A stretch of 47,275 nucleotides of DNA from Octopus bimaculoides. Lineage: Eukaryota. Positions 24,691-34,708 of the stretch are shown here, one piece after another; position 1 is the stretch's first letter; each line of letters begins with the position of its first letter. The stretch is from contig NC_068981.1 in assembly GCF_001194135.2 (NCBI RefSeq), forward strand, positions 184,645,680-184,692,954, in the 5' to 3' direction. The position numbers were made by a program, and so were the translations under genes. The notes below the pieces were generated by a model, which had not been told where the DNA came from, did not search any database, and saw nothing but the letters and a program-made list of their open reading frames with translations.

Positions 24691-24762
24691 GCTGAGATCG
24701 TCTAGTGGTTAGGACCCCACGTTGTGGCCGTGGTAACCCAGGTTCGAATCCTGGTCACAGCA
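24691..24762 (+). tRNA. trnH: tRNA-His (GUG) variant (C3T, T5A, G70A)
   Basis: GCTGAGATCG...GGTCACAGCA. The T3-A70 pair is compensatory and A5:A68 mismatches; D, anticodon and T arms are identical to the intact copies; TTTT immediately downstream. Confidence 0.8.
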
Positions 24763-24950
24763 TTTTAGCTTCTTTTTTTTTTTTTCCGTACGTTTTTCCC
24801 CCTCTTTTATTGATTTTCTTAATTTACTGCAATGTGATATCACAGCGATACATCTTCAAGTTGTTTATATTACTTTTATATATGATTTTAGCGTTCAAAG
24901 TTTTTCTAGTCGCGAGCATCACTCTGCTTTTGCAGTGTGGCCAGGAATAT

Positions 24951-25457
24951 TACTTTACTCTTTTACTCTTTTACTTGTTTCAGTCATTTGACTGCGGCTA
25001 TGCTAGAGCACCGTCTTTAGTCGAGAAAATCGACCCCAGTACTTATTCTATCGGTCTCATTTTTGCCGAACCGCTAAGTTACGGGGACGTAAACACACCA
25101 GCATCGGTTGTCAAGCGATGGTGGGGGGACAAACACAGACACACAAACACACATACATACATACATNNNNNNNNNNNNNNNNNNNNNNNNNNNNNNNNNN
25201 NNNNNNNNNNNNNNNNNNNNNNNNNNNNNNNNNNNNNNNNNNNNNNNNNNNNNNNNNNNNNNNNNNNNNNNNNNNNNNNNNNNNNNNNNNNNNNNNNNAT
25301 ATATGACAGGCTTCTTTCAGTTTCCGTGTACCAAATCCACTCACAAGGCTTTGGTTGGCCCGAGGCTATAGTAGAAGACACTTGCCCAAGGTGCCACGCA
25401 GTGGGACTGAACCCGGAACCATGTGGTTGGTAAGCAAGCTACTTACCACGCAGCCAT
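24951..25457 (-). mobile_element. SINE family A inserted into the Tc1-derived spacer
   Basis: Full SINE A. Host sequence GGAATATT resumes after it as GAAAAATTATTTTGTTTTTGATTTCTCCAGG, which is contiguous in other units such as ~31270-31320. Confidence 0.8.
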
Positions 25458-25755
25458 GAAAAATTATTTTGTTTTTGATTTCTCCAGGAAATTGTTTCTT
25501 CACGCTGGGAAGTAATCGTATCTCTAACAATTTTAGGTATACCAATGCAGTAATTGATTGTTCACTGTATGTAAACACACTAATGGCTTTGCGACCACGT
25601 AATTTCGGTTTTCAATCTCACTGCATGGTACCTTCGGTAAATGCCTTCTACAAAAGTCCCGGACGCGAAACTTTTTCCCACAAGAGTTCCGGACCCCACT
25701 TATGAACTCATTTGCATACAGCCAATCATAGCTCAACTATCAAACTAGTGTCCAC

Positions 25756-25829
<74 letters not shown>

Positions 25830-26905
25830 TTTTTTTTTTCTCTTGAGGTTAGTAGTCCGCGCTCTCAACCACTACGCCATAAGTTGAAAAAGTCGCAAAG
25901 ACTGAAACCGGTACCAAAATGTTCTTCATGATAAAATTATTTTAGCGTTTTCTACCTTCCTTATACTTATCCACTCGTGTGTTGCTTTTCAACCTTATAC
26001 ACACACACACACACACACACGCATCACACGCACACATGCACACACGCGCGCGCGCATTTTTATTCTTTTACTTGTTTCAGGCATTTGACCGCAGCCATGC
26101 TGGAGTACCACCTTTAGTCGACCCCAGGACGTATCCTTTGTAAGTTTAGTACTTATTCTATCAGTCTCTTTTGCCTAACTGCTAAGTTACGGAGACGTAA
26201 ACACACCAACATCGTTTGCCAAGCGATGGTGGTGGGGGGACAAACACAGACACACAAACACATAAATTCCAGGCTTTGTGCGTAGAGTAGAAAAGAATCG
26301 TTAGCACGCCCGACGAAATGTTTAGCGACGTTGCATCCGCCTTAACGTTTTGAGTTCAAATACTGTCAAAGTCAGTTTTGTTTTTTTATCCTTTCAGGCT
26401 CAACAAAATAAAACACCAGTCAAAATTATTGACTAATCCTGTTTCTAAAATTGCTGACATTGCGTCAAAATTAGAAAGATTTAATATCCACTAACTTTAG
26501 GCAGAGAGCTGGCAGAATGATTTGCTGGTTAGCATACTGGACGAAAAGCTTTGAAACCAATGTAATCCGCTAGCTCAAAAGAAATCTTCAAGCGACAAGC
26601 TTCTTGTAATATAAATCTCCAGCCACCCTCTTCTATAAAACTATTCCCCTCAGATGTTTTTCTTTTAGAATCCTGCTAAAAAACCACAATAACAGCCAGA
26701 GAGAGGAACTTCAAATTTAAATTTCCGCTAACTGACACTTTGAACCTAATAAATTATACGGAATATATAACAGACCAGTTCAATAGGTAGAAAGACTCTA
26801 AAGATAACTAGAGATCAATATATCTTGTCTGTTACATGGTAGCTATGATTATTAATCAACGTTGATCAATGGATCTGCCTTCTAGTAACATTAATCTTCA
26901 TAGCT

Positions 26906-27205
26906 TTATTCAATGTTCAGTTTCTTCTGACTACGTCTTTTTAACATAAATAGATTAATAGATTTTTCAAATCTTAATGAATCTCTCATCTTCACTGAAC
27001 TTCTAAGGTTTTTAGATTGACTAATATCAGAGGGAAAGAAGTGCCATCCACCTCTCACCCAAGAGATATCGACGCTGCTGTTCAAAATGGCTGCCCCGAT
27101 CTTCTGAAACCAAGGCAAAACAGTTTGTAACAAAGAGCTATCAATTATAGTCATCACTGTGATAATGTCTTCTTTGCAGAGACAATAATCACTCATGAAA
27201 GTTTT
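26906..27205 (-). CDS. Candidate terminal coding exon (99 aa), weak by-eye resemblance to the FACT SPT16 middle (PH/Rtt106-like) domain
   Basis: Acceptor TTTTCTCAG| after a ~700-nt pyrimidine tract; stop-free non-repetitive frame KTFMSDYCLCKEDII...VLPWFQKIGAAILNSSVDISWVRGGWHFF...LNIE* (TAA at 26906-26908). Upstream exons not identified. Confidence 0.35.
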   Translation of the reverse strand, partial: KTFMSDYCLCKEDIITVMTIIDSSLLQTVLPWFQKIGAAILNSSVDISWVRGGWHFFPSDISQSKNLRSSVKMRDSLRFEKSINLFMLKRRSQKKLNIE

Positions 27206-27224
27206 CTGAGAAAAGTTGGTGAAA

Positions 27225-27536
27225 ATGAGAGAAAGAGAGAGAGAGACTGGAGAGAGAAAGAGAGAGAGAGAGGGAGAGAGAGAGAGAGAGAGAGAGAGGA
27301 AGAGAGAGAGAGGAAGTGAGGGAGAAACGGAAGGAGAAAGAAAGAGAGAGAAAGAAAGCGAGAGAAAGGGAGAAAGGGAGAGAGGGGAGAGAGTGACGAA
27401 GAGAGAGGGGAAAGAACGAGGGAAAGCGAAAGAGAGAAAGAGGAAGAGAGACCGGGAGAGACAGGGAGAAATACAGAGAAGAAGAAAGAGAGAGAAAAAC
27501 ACCAAGAGGGAGAGACAGAGAGAAAGAGGAAGAGAA

Positions 27537-27582
<46 letters not shown>

Positions 27583-27822
27583 AGAGGGAGAGTGAAAAAA
27601 TGGAGAAAAGAGAGAATGAAAAAGAGAAGTAGAGATGGAGAGGGAGAAAGTGACAGTGAATGAGGAAGAGAAGAAGAGAGAGAAAGAAAATGACCAAGTA
27701 TGAAAGAAAAAGAGAGAAACAAATAGAAAGAGAGAGAGAGCGAGAAGGGGTGGGAAAGTGAGAGATGAGAAAGAGAGAGAAAGAGAGAGAAAGGGAAAGA
27801 AAGAGAGAGAGAGAGAGAGAAA

Positions 27823-27861
<39 letters not shown>

Positions 27862-27915
27862 GGGGAGAAAGAGAAAGAAAGAGAGAGAAAGAGAAAGAGA
27901 AGGTGAGAGATAGAT
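27225..27915. repeat. ~700-bp homopurine (GA-rich) low-complexity tract
   Basis: Almost pure A/G on the + strand with several perfect (GA)n runs. Confidence 0.95.
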
Positions 27916-28482
27916 AGATAGATATACAGAGAGATAACAGCTGAAATAGAAATTTTACGATATTTTATCTCAATAAAATATTTGAAAGCCAGCGATGAGT
28001 TAGTGTTGATGTGATTATTTGGGTCATTAACTTCACCTTAAGAGATGAAACGCTTATAACTATTTATATCTACATTCAAATTCCGCCGAGGTCGACTTTG
28101 GTTATCATCCTTTCGGGGTCGATAAAATAAGTACCAGCCGAACAATATTTATATCTACATTATGCTTCCATCAATTCCGACGCCATTCACATTTCACAGT
28201 TTCCCAAAATTCATCAATGATGACAAATTTCTTGTAACAAGATCGTACCCAATGCATGCGAAAATATTCTATAAGGGATTCAGAACTGAGCTCTGATTTG
28301 TCAAGGAGCTTTCACGAACTACTTTTTATTTGCTCTTTCAATGGGGACTGGAGAATTGGTGTGTTCCAAGAATTACTTTGTTCGTGTTTGGTCGGAAAAA
28401 TTGCTTTCTTCATGATGAGTAGTAATATTAGAAATGATACATTTCTAAATCTCTGAAAGAGACTTAAACAGTAGTGGTACGA

Positions 28483-29036
28483 TAAAGTAGTTGTATGCCA
28501 TCAACTTAACGTGACAGTCCCAATAAAGGAATCATACTACTGCTATTTAGCCCTAGGAAGCTGCACCGCTTCCTGTCAGCCTTGACACATTTCCTGTATC
28601 CTTATGCTTATGAGGGGGAGACAAGCACCTCCACCCAGCCAAGCCTGCATCCAGGGACATGTTTCTGAGTTTTTGCTCGTCATCAGCCTGGAGTAGTTTG
28701 ACTTGCTGGCTGAAGATATCTGTCAAGCTCTCGTAAGCATATAATAATTCTAGTGAAACACATTCGCTGATTACACAGAAAGACACGAGAGCTTGACAGG
28801 CATCTTCAGCCAGCAAGTCAAACTACTCCAGGCTGATGACGAGCAAAAACTCAGAAACATGTCCCTGGATGCAGGCTTGGCTGGGTGGAGATGCTTGTCC
28901 CCACCTTGTAAACATAAGGACACAGGAAATGTGTCAAGGCCGACTGGAAGCGGTGCAGCTTCCTAGGGCTAAATAGCAGTAGTATGATTCCCTTCTTGGG
29001 ACTGTCACGTTTAGATGACAGCATACAACTACTTTA
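28483..29036. mobile_element. Foldback element: two ~252-bp inverted arms and a 50-nt loop
   Basis: 28483-28734 is the reverse complement of 28785-29036 (outer TAAAGTAGTTGTATGC / GCATACAACTACTTTA; inner TGTCAAGCTCTCGT / ACGAGAGCTTGACA), with few mismatches. Confidence 0.9.
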
Positions 29037-29109
29037 GTAGTAATATTATTCTAGCGCAAATATTCTAGATATACAAACTTGAGAATGAGCACCAGCAGCT
29101 GGTCTCACG

Positions 29110-29181
29110 TCCATGACCGTCCAGTGGTCAGGAACTCACGCTGTGGCTGTGGTAATCTAAGTTCGAATCCTGGTTACGGCA
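29110..29181 (+). pseudogene. tRNA-His pseudogene (anticodon GTG retained)
   Basis: TCCATGACCGTCCAGTGGTCAGGAACTCACGCTGTGGCTGTGGTAATCTAAGTTCGAATCCTGGTTACGGCA; multiple stem mismatches. Confidence 0.85.
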
Positions 29182-29274
29182 GATCGGTTAATTTATATTT
29201 CATATCCTTCTTTTTTTCTTTTTATTGATTATCTTTATATACTGCATTATGATATCGCAGCGATATCTATTTAA

Positions 29275-29615
29275 GTAATTTGTATTTATTTTATATTGTT
29301 GAGAAATTACTTAGTTTTTGTTTTCTCCAGGAAATGGTTTCTTCACGCTGGGAAGTAATCATATCTCTAAGAATTTTAGGTATTCCAATGCAGTAATTGA
29401 CTGTTCACGCCCTGTAAACAAACTAACAGCAGCAGAGTAAAATGCATCCTATACTGGGGATTCCATCTCGTCTATGATTCATAGCTGTTGAAATCAACTC
29501 AGAGAGGAATCTCTTATCGGTTCTGTGAAGGCACCGTACTGTGATGCCATTACAAAGCTCAAAAATCTTGATTCGTCCACTCCAGAGGACTTTCTGAAAC
29601 CAGTCTGAATCATTG
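29275..29615 (-). mobile_element. Tc1-type transposase relic, N-terminal half of the catalytic domain
   Basis: Homologous to 31255-31613 (DWFQKSSGVDESRF...LEYLKFLEI*LLPSVKKPFPGE-like). Confidence 0.75.
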
Positions 29616-30372
29616 ATACCATNNNNNNNNNNNNNNNNNNNNNNNNNNNNNNNNNNNNNNNNNNNNNNNNNNNNNNNNNNNNNNNNNNNNNNNNNNNNNN
29701 NNNNNNNNNNNNNNNNNNNNNNNNNNNNNNNNNNNNNNNNNNNNNNNNNNNNNNNNNNNNNNNNNNNNNNNNNNNNNNNNNNNNNNNNNNNNNNNNNNNN
29801 NNNNNNNNNNNNNNNNNNNNNNNNNNNNNNNNNNNNNNNNNNNNNNNNNNNNNNNNNNNNNNNNNNNNNNNTTGATCACTGTGGTCGATGTCATCGGCTT
29901 AGCCCCTTCCCCAAACCTGCTGCCCTTGTGCCAAAATTTGAAACCCATATTTTTCTTGGTGAGCTGGCAGAATCGTTAGCACGCCGGGCAAAGTACTTCG
30001 CAACATTTCGCCCTTCTTCCCTTTTTGAGTTCAAATTTCGCCGAGGATTATTTTACTTTTTATCCTATTGGGCTGAATAAAATAAATACCAGTTGAGAAA
30101 CGGCATTGATATAATCGACTTACTCCATCCCAGAAAAAATTCAGGTCTTCTGTCTTCTCATAGAAAAGATTATCCTATTAAAAATTACAAATCCACGAAG
30201 AAACCACCAAGGACATGCAGAAATAACTCTATAGATTAATATGGAATAAGATATTACTCTAATTTAGTTTTGTCCAGGGAACTATTTTTTCAACGCTCGG
30301 AAGCAATCTTATCCTATTGCCAATATTATAAATGCACATAATTTAAACGGTTACGCTGCCGCTGGTCTGGTT

Positions 30373-30444
30373 ACCGTGGTCGTCTAGTGATTAGGACCCA
30401 ACGTTGTTGCTGTAGTAACCTAGGTTCGAATCCTAGTCACGGCA
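30373..30444 (+). pseudogene. tRNA-His-derived pseudogene with anticodon GTT
   Basis: ACCGTGGTCGTCTAGTGATTAGGACCCAACGTTGTTGCTGTAGTAACCTAGGTTCGAATCCTAGTCACGGCA; loop TTGTTGC; anticodon stem mismatched. Confidence 0.85.
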
Positions 30445-30699
30445 GGAACGTCTATTATTGTTCTTGTACATTTTTTTTTGTTTCGTAATTTTTTTGATTT
30501 TCTGCAATGCGATATCGCAGCGATATCTCTTTACATTGTTTGCATTACTTTTATATATAATTTTATATTTCAAAGTTTTCTGAGTGTTTGTCTTTGCGAG
30601 CTGGCACAATGGTTGGCACCCCGAGCAAAATACTAAGCGGTATTTTGTCCGTCTTTCGAGTACTGCGTTCAAATTCAGCCGAGGTCGACTTTCTTTTTT

Positions 30700-30965
30700 T
30701 CTACTTTCACATTTCGCAGTTTCCCAATATTCATCAGAGATGGCAAATTTCTTGTAACAAGATCGTATCGAATGCATGCGAAATATTCTATACGCGATTC
30801 AAACTTGAGCTCTGACTTTCCAGAACACGGTATCAACTGAGTTTTTCTCGAACTATTTTCATAATGATTTTACAGTATGAGCAGGAGAACAGCTTCGTTG
30901 AAAAAATGATTTTGTGTTTTTGTCCGAGAAATTGCATTGTTCACGCTGGGAAATAATCGTATTCT
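30700..30965 (-). mobile_element. Tc1-type transposase relic, C-terminal half (D2 to E region)
   Basis: Translates, with stops and frameshifts, as IIFQRSCSPAHTVKSL*K*FEKNSVDTVFW...SLNRV*NI...EYWETAK, matching Tc1 FQQDNxPxHT...W.....SPDLNPIEN. Sister copies at ~28165, 32130, 32715, 34315, 36375, 37085, 39190, 40545. Confidence 0.75.
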
Positions 30966-30975
30966 TTCGCCAATA

Positions 30976-30992
30976 TTCTAGATATAGATAAT
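30976..30992 (+). promoter_or_regulatory. Conserved upstream motif (-47 to -31), representative copy
   Basis: TTCTAGATATAGATAAT followed by exactly 30 nt and then tRNA position 1 at 31023. Confidence 0.6.
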
Positions 30993-31022
30993 TGAAAACC
31001 TAATCCAACAACCGGTCTCTCG

Positions 31023-31094
31023 GCCGTGATCGTCTAGTGGTTAGGACCCCACGTTGTGGCCGTGGTAACCCAGGTTCGAATCCTGGTCACGGCA
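31023..31094 (+). tRNA. trnH: tRNA-His (GUG), intact
   Basis: Identical to the 72-nt consensus; T5 run about 15 nt downstream. Confidence 0.95.
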
Positions 31095-31254
31095 GATCGG
31101 CTAATTCAATTTTTATAAATATTTTTCTCTTTTTATTGATTTTCTTAATATACTGCAATATAATATCGCAGCGACATCTGTTCAAGTTATTTGTATTATT
31201 TTTATATATAATTTTAGATTTCAATGTTTTTCTGAGTGCAAGCACGTCTCTAAT

Positions 31255-31613
31255 TTTGCATTGTGGGCCGGAATATTGCTTTGTTGAGAAATTATTTTGC
31301 TTTTGTTTTCTCCAGGAAATTGTTTCTTCACGCTGGAAAGTAATCGTATCTCTAAGAATTTTAGGTATTCCAATGCAATAATTGACTGTTCATACCCAGT
31401 AAAGAAACTAACGCCTGCAGAGGAAAATGCATCCCATACTGTGTTTCCACCTCGTCTACGATTCATAGCTGTTGAAATCCACTCACAGAGGTATCTCTTA
31501 TCGGTTCTGTGAAGGCAACGTTCTGTGGTACCATTACAATGTTCAAATCTTGATTCGTCCACTTCAGAGGATTTCTGAAACCAGTCTGACTCATCGTTAC
31601 CATACTTGGCCAA
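31255..31613 (-). mobile_element. Tc1-type transposase relic, N-terminal half of the catalytic domain
   Basis: ORF track 31221-31613: DWFQKSSEVDESRF...RRRGGNTVWDAFSSAG...LEYLKFLEIRLLSSVKKQFPGENKSKIISQQSNIPAHNAK, matching the Tc1 pattern W..V.FSDES...GGG..VWG.FS..G...Y..IL...LLP.....FQQDNAP.H.AK. Confidence 0.8.
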
Positions 31614-32444
31614 AACAGTGCAACGGATGCTTTATATTTTTCTAGGTGAACAAGTTCTGCCGAAGTCGACTTTGCCTTTCATGTTTTTGTGGTGAAAAAA
31701 AATAAGTAGCAGTTGATCATTGGGGTTGGTGCAACTGACTTAGCCCCTTCCCCAAACCTGCTGCCCTTGTGCCAAAATTTGAAACCAATATTCTTCTTGG
31801 TGAATTGGCAGAATCGTTAGCTCGCGGGCAAAGTGCTTAGCAACATTTCGCCCTTCTTCCCATTTTGAGTTCAAATTTCGCTGAGGAATATTCTAATTTT
31901 CATCCTTTTGGGCATAAGTACCAGTTGAGCACTGGAGTTGATAGAATCGACTTACTCCCTCCCAGAGAAATTTCAGGCTTTGAGTCTTTCATAGAAAGGA
32001 TTATCTTATTGCGTATTACAAATCCATAAAAAAACACTCACAGGAACATGCAGAAATAAATCTTTAGTTTAATATGGAATAATATATCCCTTTCCACTCT
32101 TAAAAAAACTCATTCCAGTGAGCAAACTATCGGATTATTATTTTCTTGCACCAAGAAATATCGCCGTTGTCTCATTCGTGTTTCAGAGTTTCCCAATATT
32201 CATTAGAGACAGTAAATTTTCTTGTAACAAGATCATGTCCAGAGCATGTCATAATATTCTACACGCAATTAAAACTGAGCTCTGACACGTCCAAAATACG
32301 ATATTCAAGGAATTTTCAAAGATCTACTTTTCAGTTGCTTCTGTAGTTTGGAGAAGTGTTGCTTTGTTGAAAAATTACTTTGATTTTAAGCTAATTAGAA
32401 AATCTCTATAACTTATGAAAGCAGTAACTATACTGAGAAAAGCA

Positions 32445-32660
32445 ATGTTTAATGCCACTTGAACATGGCTGTTCCGTAGGAAGCGACGTTACCGTTATTT
32501 TAAGCCGATGGGAACTTATCCTGCAGCTGGTTATTTGATGCAAGCTGCATCCGATATATATTGCAAGCAAGGGAGTGAACCCCTACCATGATACAGCCAC
32601 AAGATCACCAGACCGCACGGTTACGACCTCTATGCGGCCATACTCTGTGATGGACTTACT
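32445..32660 (+). mobile_element. Second decayed transposase fragment (mariner/Tc1 superfamily) co-duplicated in the array
   Basis: The paralogous copy 40833-41084 reads RYRCFK...DIYCKQGSESYH-DPATRSPDRTVSTSLW, resembling RYxxML...DIWFQQDGAxxH...WPxRSPDLTPxDFFLW with an internal deletion. Confidence 0.5.
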
Positions 32661-33060
32661 TCCTTCCCTGAAGTTGCTGGCATTGTGCCAACATTTGAAA
32701 ATAATATTTATATTTACATTACGTTTCCAATTACAACGCCATTCACTTTTCATAGTTTCTCAAAATTCATCAGAGATGGCAAAGTTCTTGTAACAAGTTC
32801 GTAGCAAATGCATGCGAAAATATTCTCTACGTGATTCAAACTTAAGCTCTGACTTTTTCAGAACACGATATTAACTGAATTTTTCACGAACTATTTTCAT
32901 AATGATTTTACAGTATGAGCAGTAGAACAGCTTGGTTGAAAAAATGATTTTGTGTTTTTGTCCGAGAAATTGCATTGATCATGCTGGGAAATAATCGTAT
33001 TCTTTCACCAATACTCTAGATATAGATAACTGAAAACTTTAACCAATAGCTGGTCTCTTA

Positions 33061-33132
33061 GCCGTGATCGTCTAGTGGTTAGGACCCCACGTTGTGGCCG
33101 TGGTAACCCAGGTTCGAATCCTGGTCACGGCA
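33061..33132 (+). tRNA. trnH: tRNA-His (GUG), intact
   Basis: Identical to the 72-nt consensus; T4 run about 16 nt downstream. Confidence 0.95.
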
Positions 33133-33841
33133 GTGTCTGCTAGTTTGTTTTCATACATATTTTTCTCATTGTATTGATTTTTCTCAATAAAGTGCGATGT
33201 GATATGGCAGCGATATCTATTTAAGTTATTTGTATTACTTTTATATATAATTTTAGATTCGGAAGTTCTTCTGCTCGCGAGCATCGCTCTGCTTTTGCAT
33301 GCGCCTGGTGTTGAAATTAGAGGGAGTTATCCCAAAGGAACAGTCATGTTTTGGTGGCTATAAACGTTACTTTGATTTTCTTATTTCCAGGAAACTGTCT
33401 TGACGCTCGGAAGTAATTTTATTCCAATCGGTGTTTAATATTACTCTTGAGAACTAGAAGAATCGTGAGCATGCGCAGCAAAATGATCAGCAGCATTTCG
33501 CCTGTCTTCCCATTTTGAGTTTAAATTTCCCCAAGCACTATTTTACTTTTCCTCTTTTTGGGGGTCAATAATATAAGTACCAGTTGAGCAATGGAATTGA
33601 TATAATCGACGTGCTCCATCCCAGAAAAATTTCAGGCCTTGTGCCTAACATAGAAAGGATTATCTTATTAAATATTACAAATCCACGAAAAAAACCAAAA
33701 AAAACCTAAGAAGATGCAGAAGTAAATCTATATATTTATTGTCCAGGAAACTACTTTTTCAACGCTCGGAAGCAGTTATATTCTATAACCAATATTCTAG
33801 ACTTACATAACTTAAGACACCGGGCAGCAAGTGGTCTAGTT

Positions 33842-33913
33842 ACCACGATCGTCTAGTGGTTAGAGCTCTACGTTGTGGCCGTGGTAACTCAGGTTCGAGT
33901 CCTGGTCAGAGCA
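33842..33913 (+). pseudogene. tRNA-His pseudogene
   Basis: ACCACGATCGTCTAGTGGTTAGAGCTCTACGTTGTGGCCGTGGTAACTCAGGTTCGAGTCCTGGTCAGAGCA; acceptor stem disrupted. Confidence 0.85.
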
Positions 33914-34636
33914 AGAAGGTTAATTATTGTTCTTCGTACATTTTTCTTTTTGTTTCGTATTTTATTGATGTTCTTGATATACTGCAATGCGATATCGCAG
34001 CTGTATCTCTTCCTGTTTTCTGTATTACTTTTATATACAATTTTATATTTCAAAGTTTTCTAGTGTTTGTCGTTGCAAGCTGGCAGAATTGTTCGCAATT
34101 GCAGCAAACGGCTAAGCGACATATCGTAGGTCTTTCGCGTACTGCATTCAAATTCTGCCGAGGTCGAATTTCATTATTCCTACTTTAGAAGGTCAATAAA
34201 ATAATTACCAGTTAAGCAGTGGGGTTAATGCAATCGACTTATGTCCTTCCACGAAATTGCTGGCATTGTGCCAACATTTGAATATAATATTTATATCTAC
34301 ATTACGTTTTCATCAATTACAACGACATTTACTTTTCATAGTTTCCCAAAATTCATCAGAGATGGCAAGTTTCTTGTAACAAGTTCGTATCGAATGCATG
34401 CTAAAATATTCTCCACGTGATTGAGCTCTGACTTTTCCAGAACACGATATCAACTGAGTTTTTCACGAACTATTTTCAAGATGTTTTTACAGTATGAACA
34501 GGACAGCTTCGTTGAAAAAAATAATTTTGTGTTTTGACCGAGAAATTGATTTATTCACGCTGGGAAATAATCGTATTCTACGGCCAGTATTCTAGATAGA
34601 GATAATTCGAAAGCTGAGCCACTAGCTAGAATCTTA

Positions 34637-34708
34637 GCCGTGATCGTCTACTGGTTAGAACCACCACGTTGAGGCCGTGGTAACCCAGGCTCGAGTCCTG
34701 ATCCGGCA
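34637..34708 (+). pseudogene. tRNA-His-derived pseudogene with anticodon GAG
   Basis: GCCGTGATCGTCTACTGGTTAGAACCACCACGTTGAGGCCGTGGTAACCCAGGCTCGAGTCCTGATCCGGCA; B box altered (GGCTCGAG), offsetting 1-nt indels. Confidence 0.85.

Noticed and set aside
27189-27722. RE-rich ORF 27216-27632 and SL-rich minus ORFs
   Set aside because: Translations of the GA tract. Only the non-repetitive part 26906-27205 is kept as a candidate exon.
28553-28816. 87-aa minus-strand ORF
   Set aside because: It lies in the arm and loop of the foldback element and has no recognisable domain.
32565-32622. Faint resemblance to a reverse-strand tRNA-His (TTGTGGC loop) and, in the paralog near 40955-40990, to U1 snRNA (GCAGGGGAG...TACCATGATC)
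   Set aside because: No upstream motif at the expected spacing, no cloverleaf and no U1 5' ATACTTACCTG. The region is better explained as a decayed transposase fragment.
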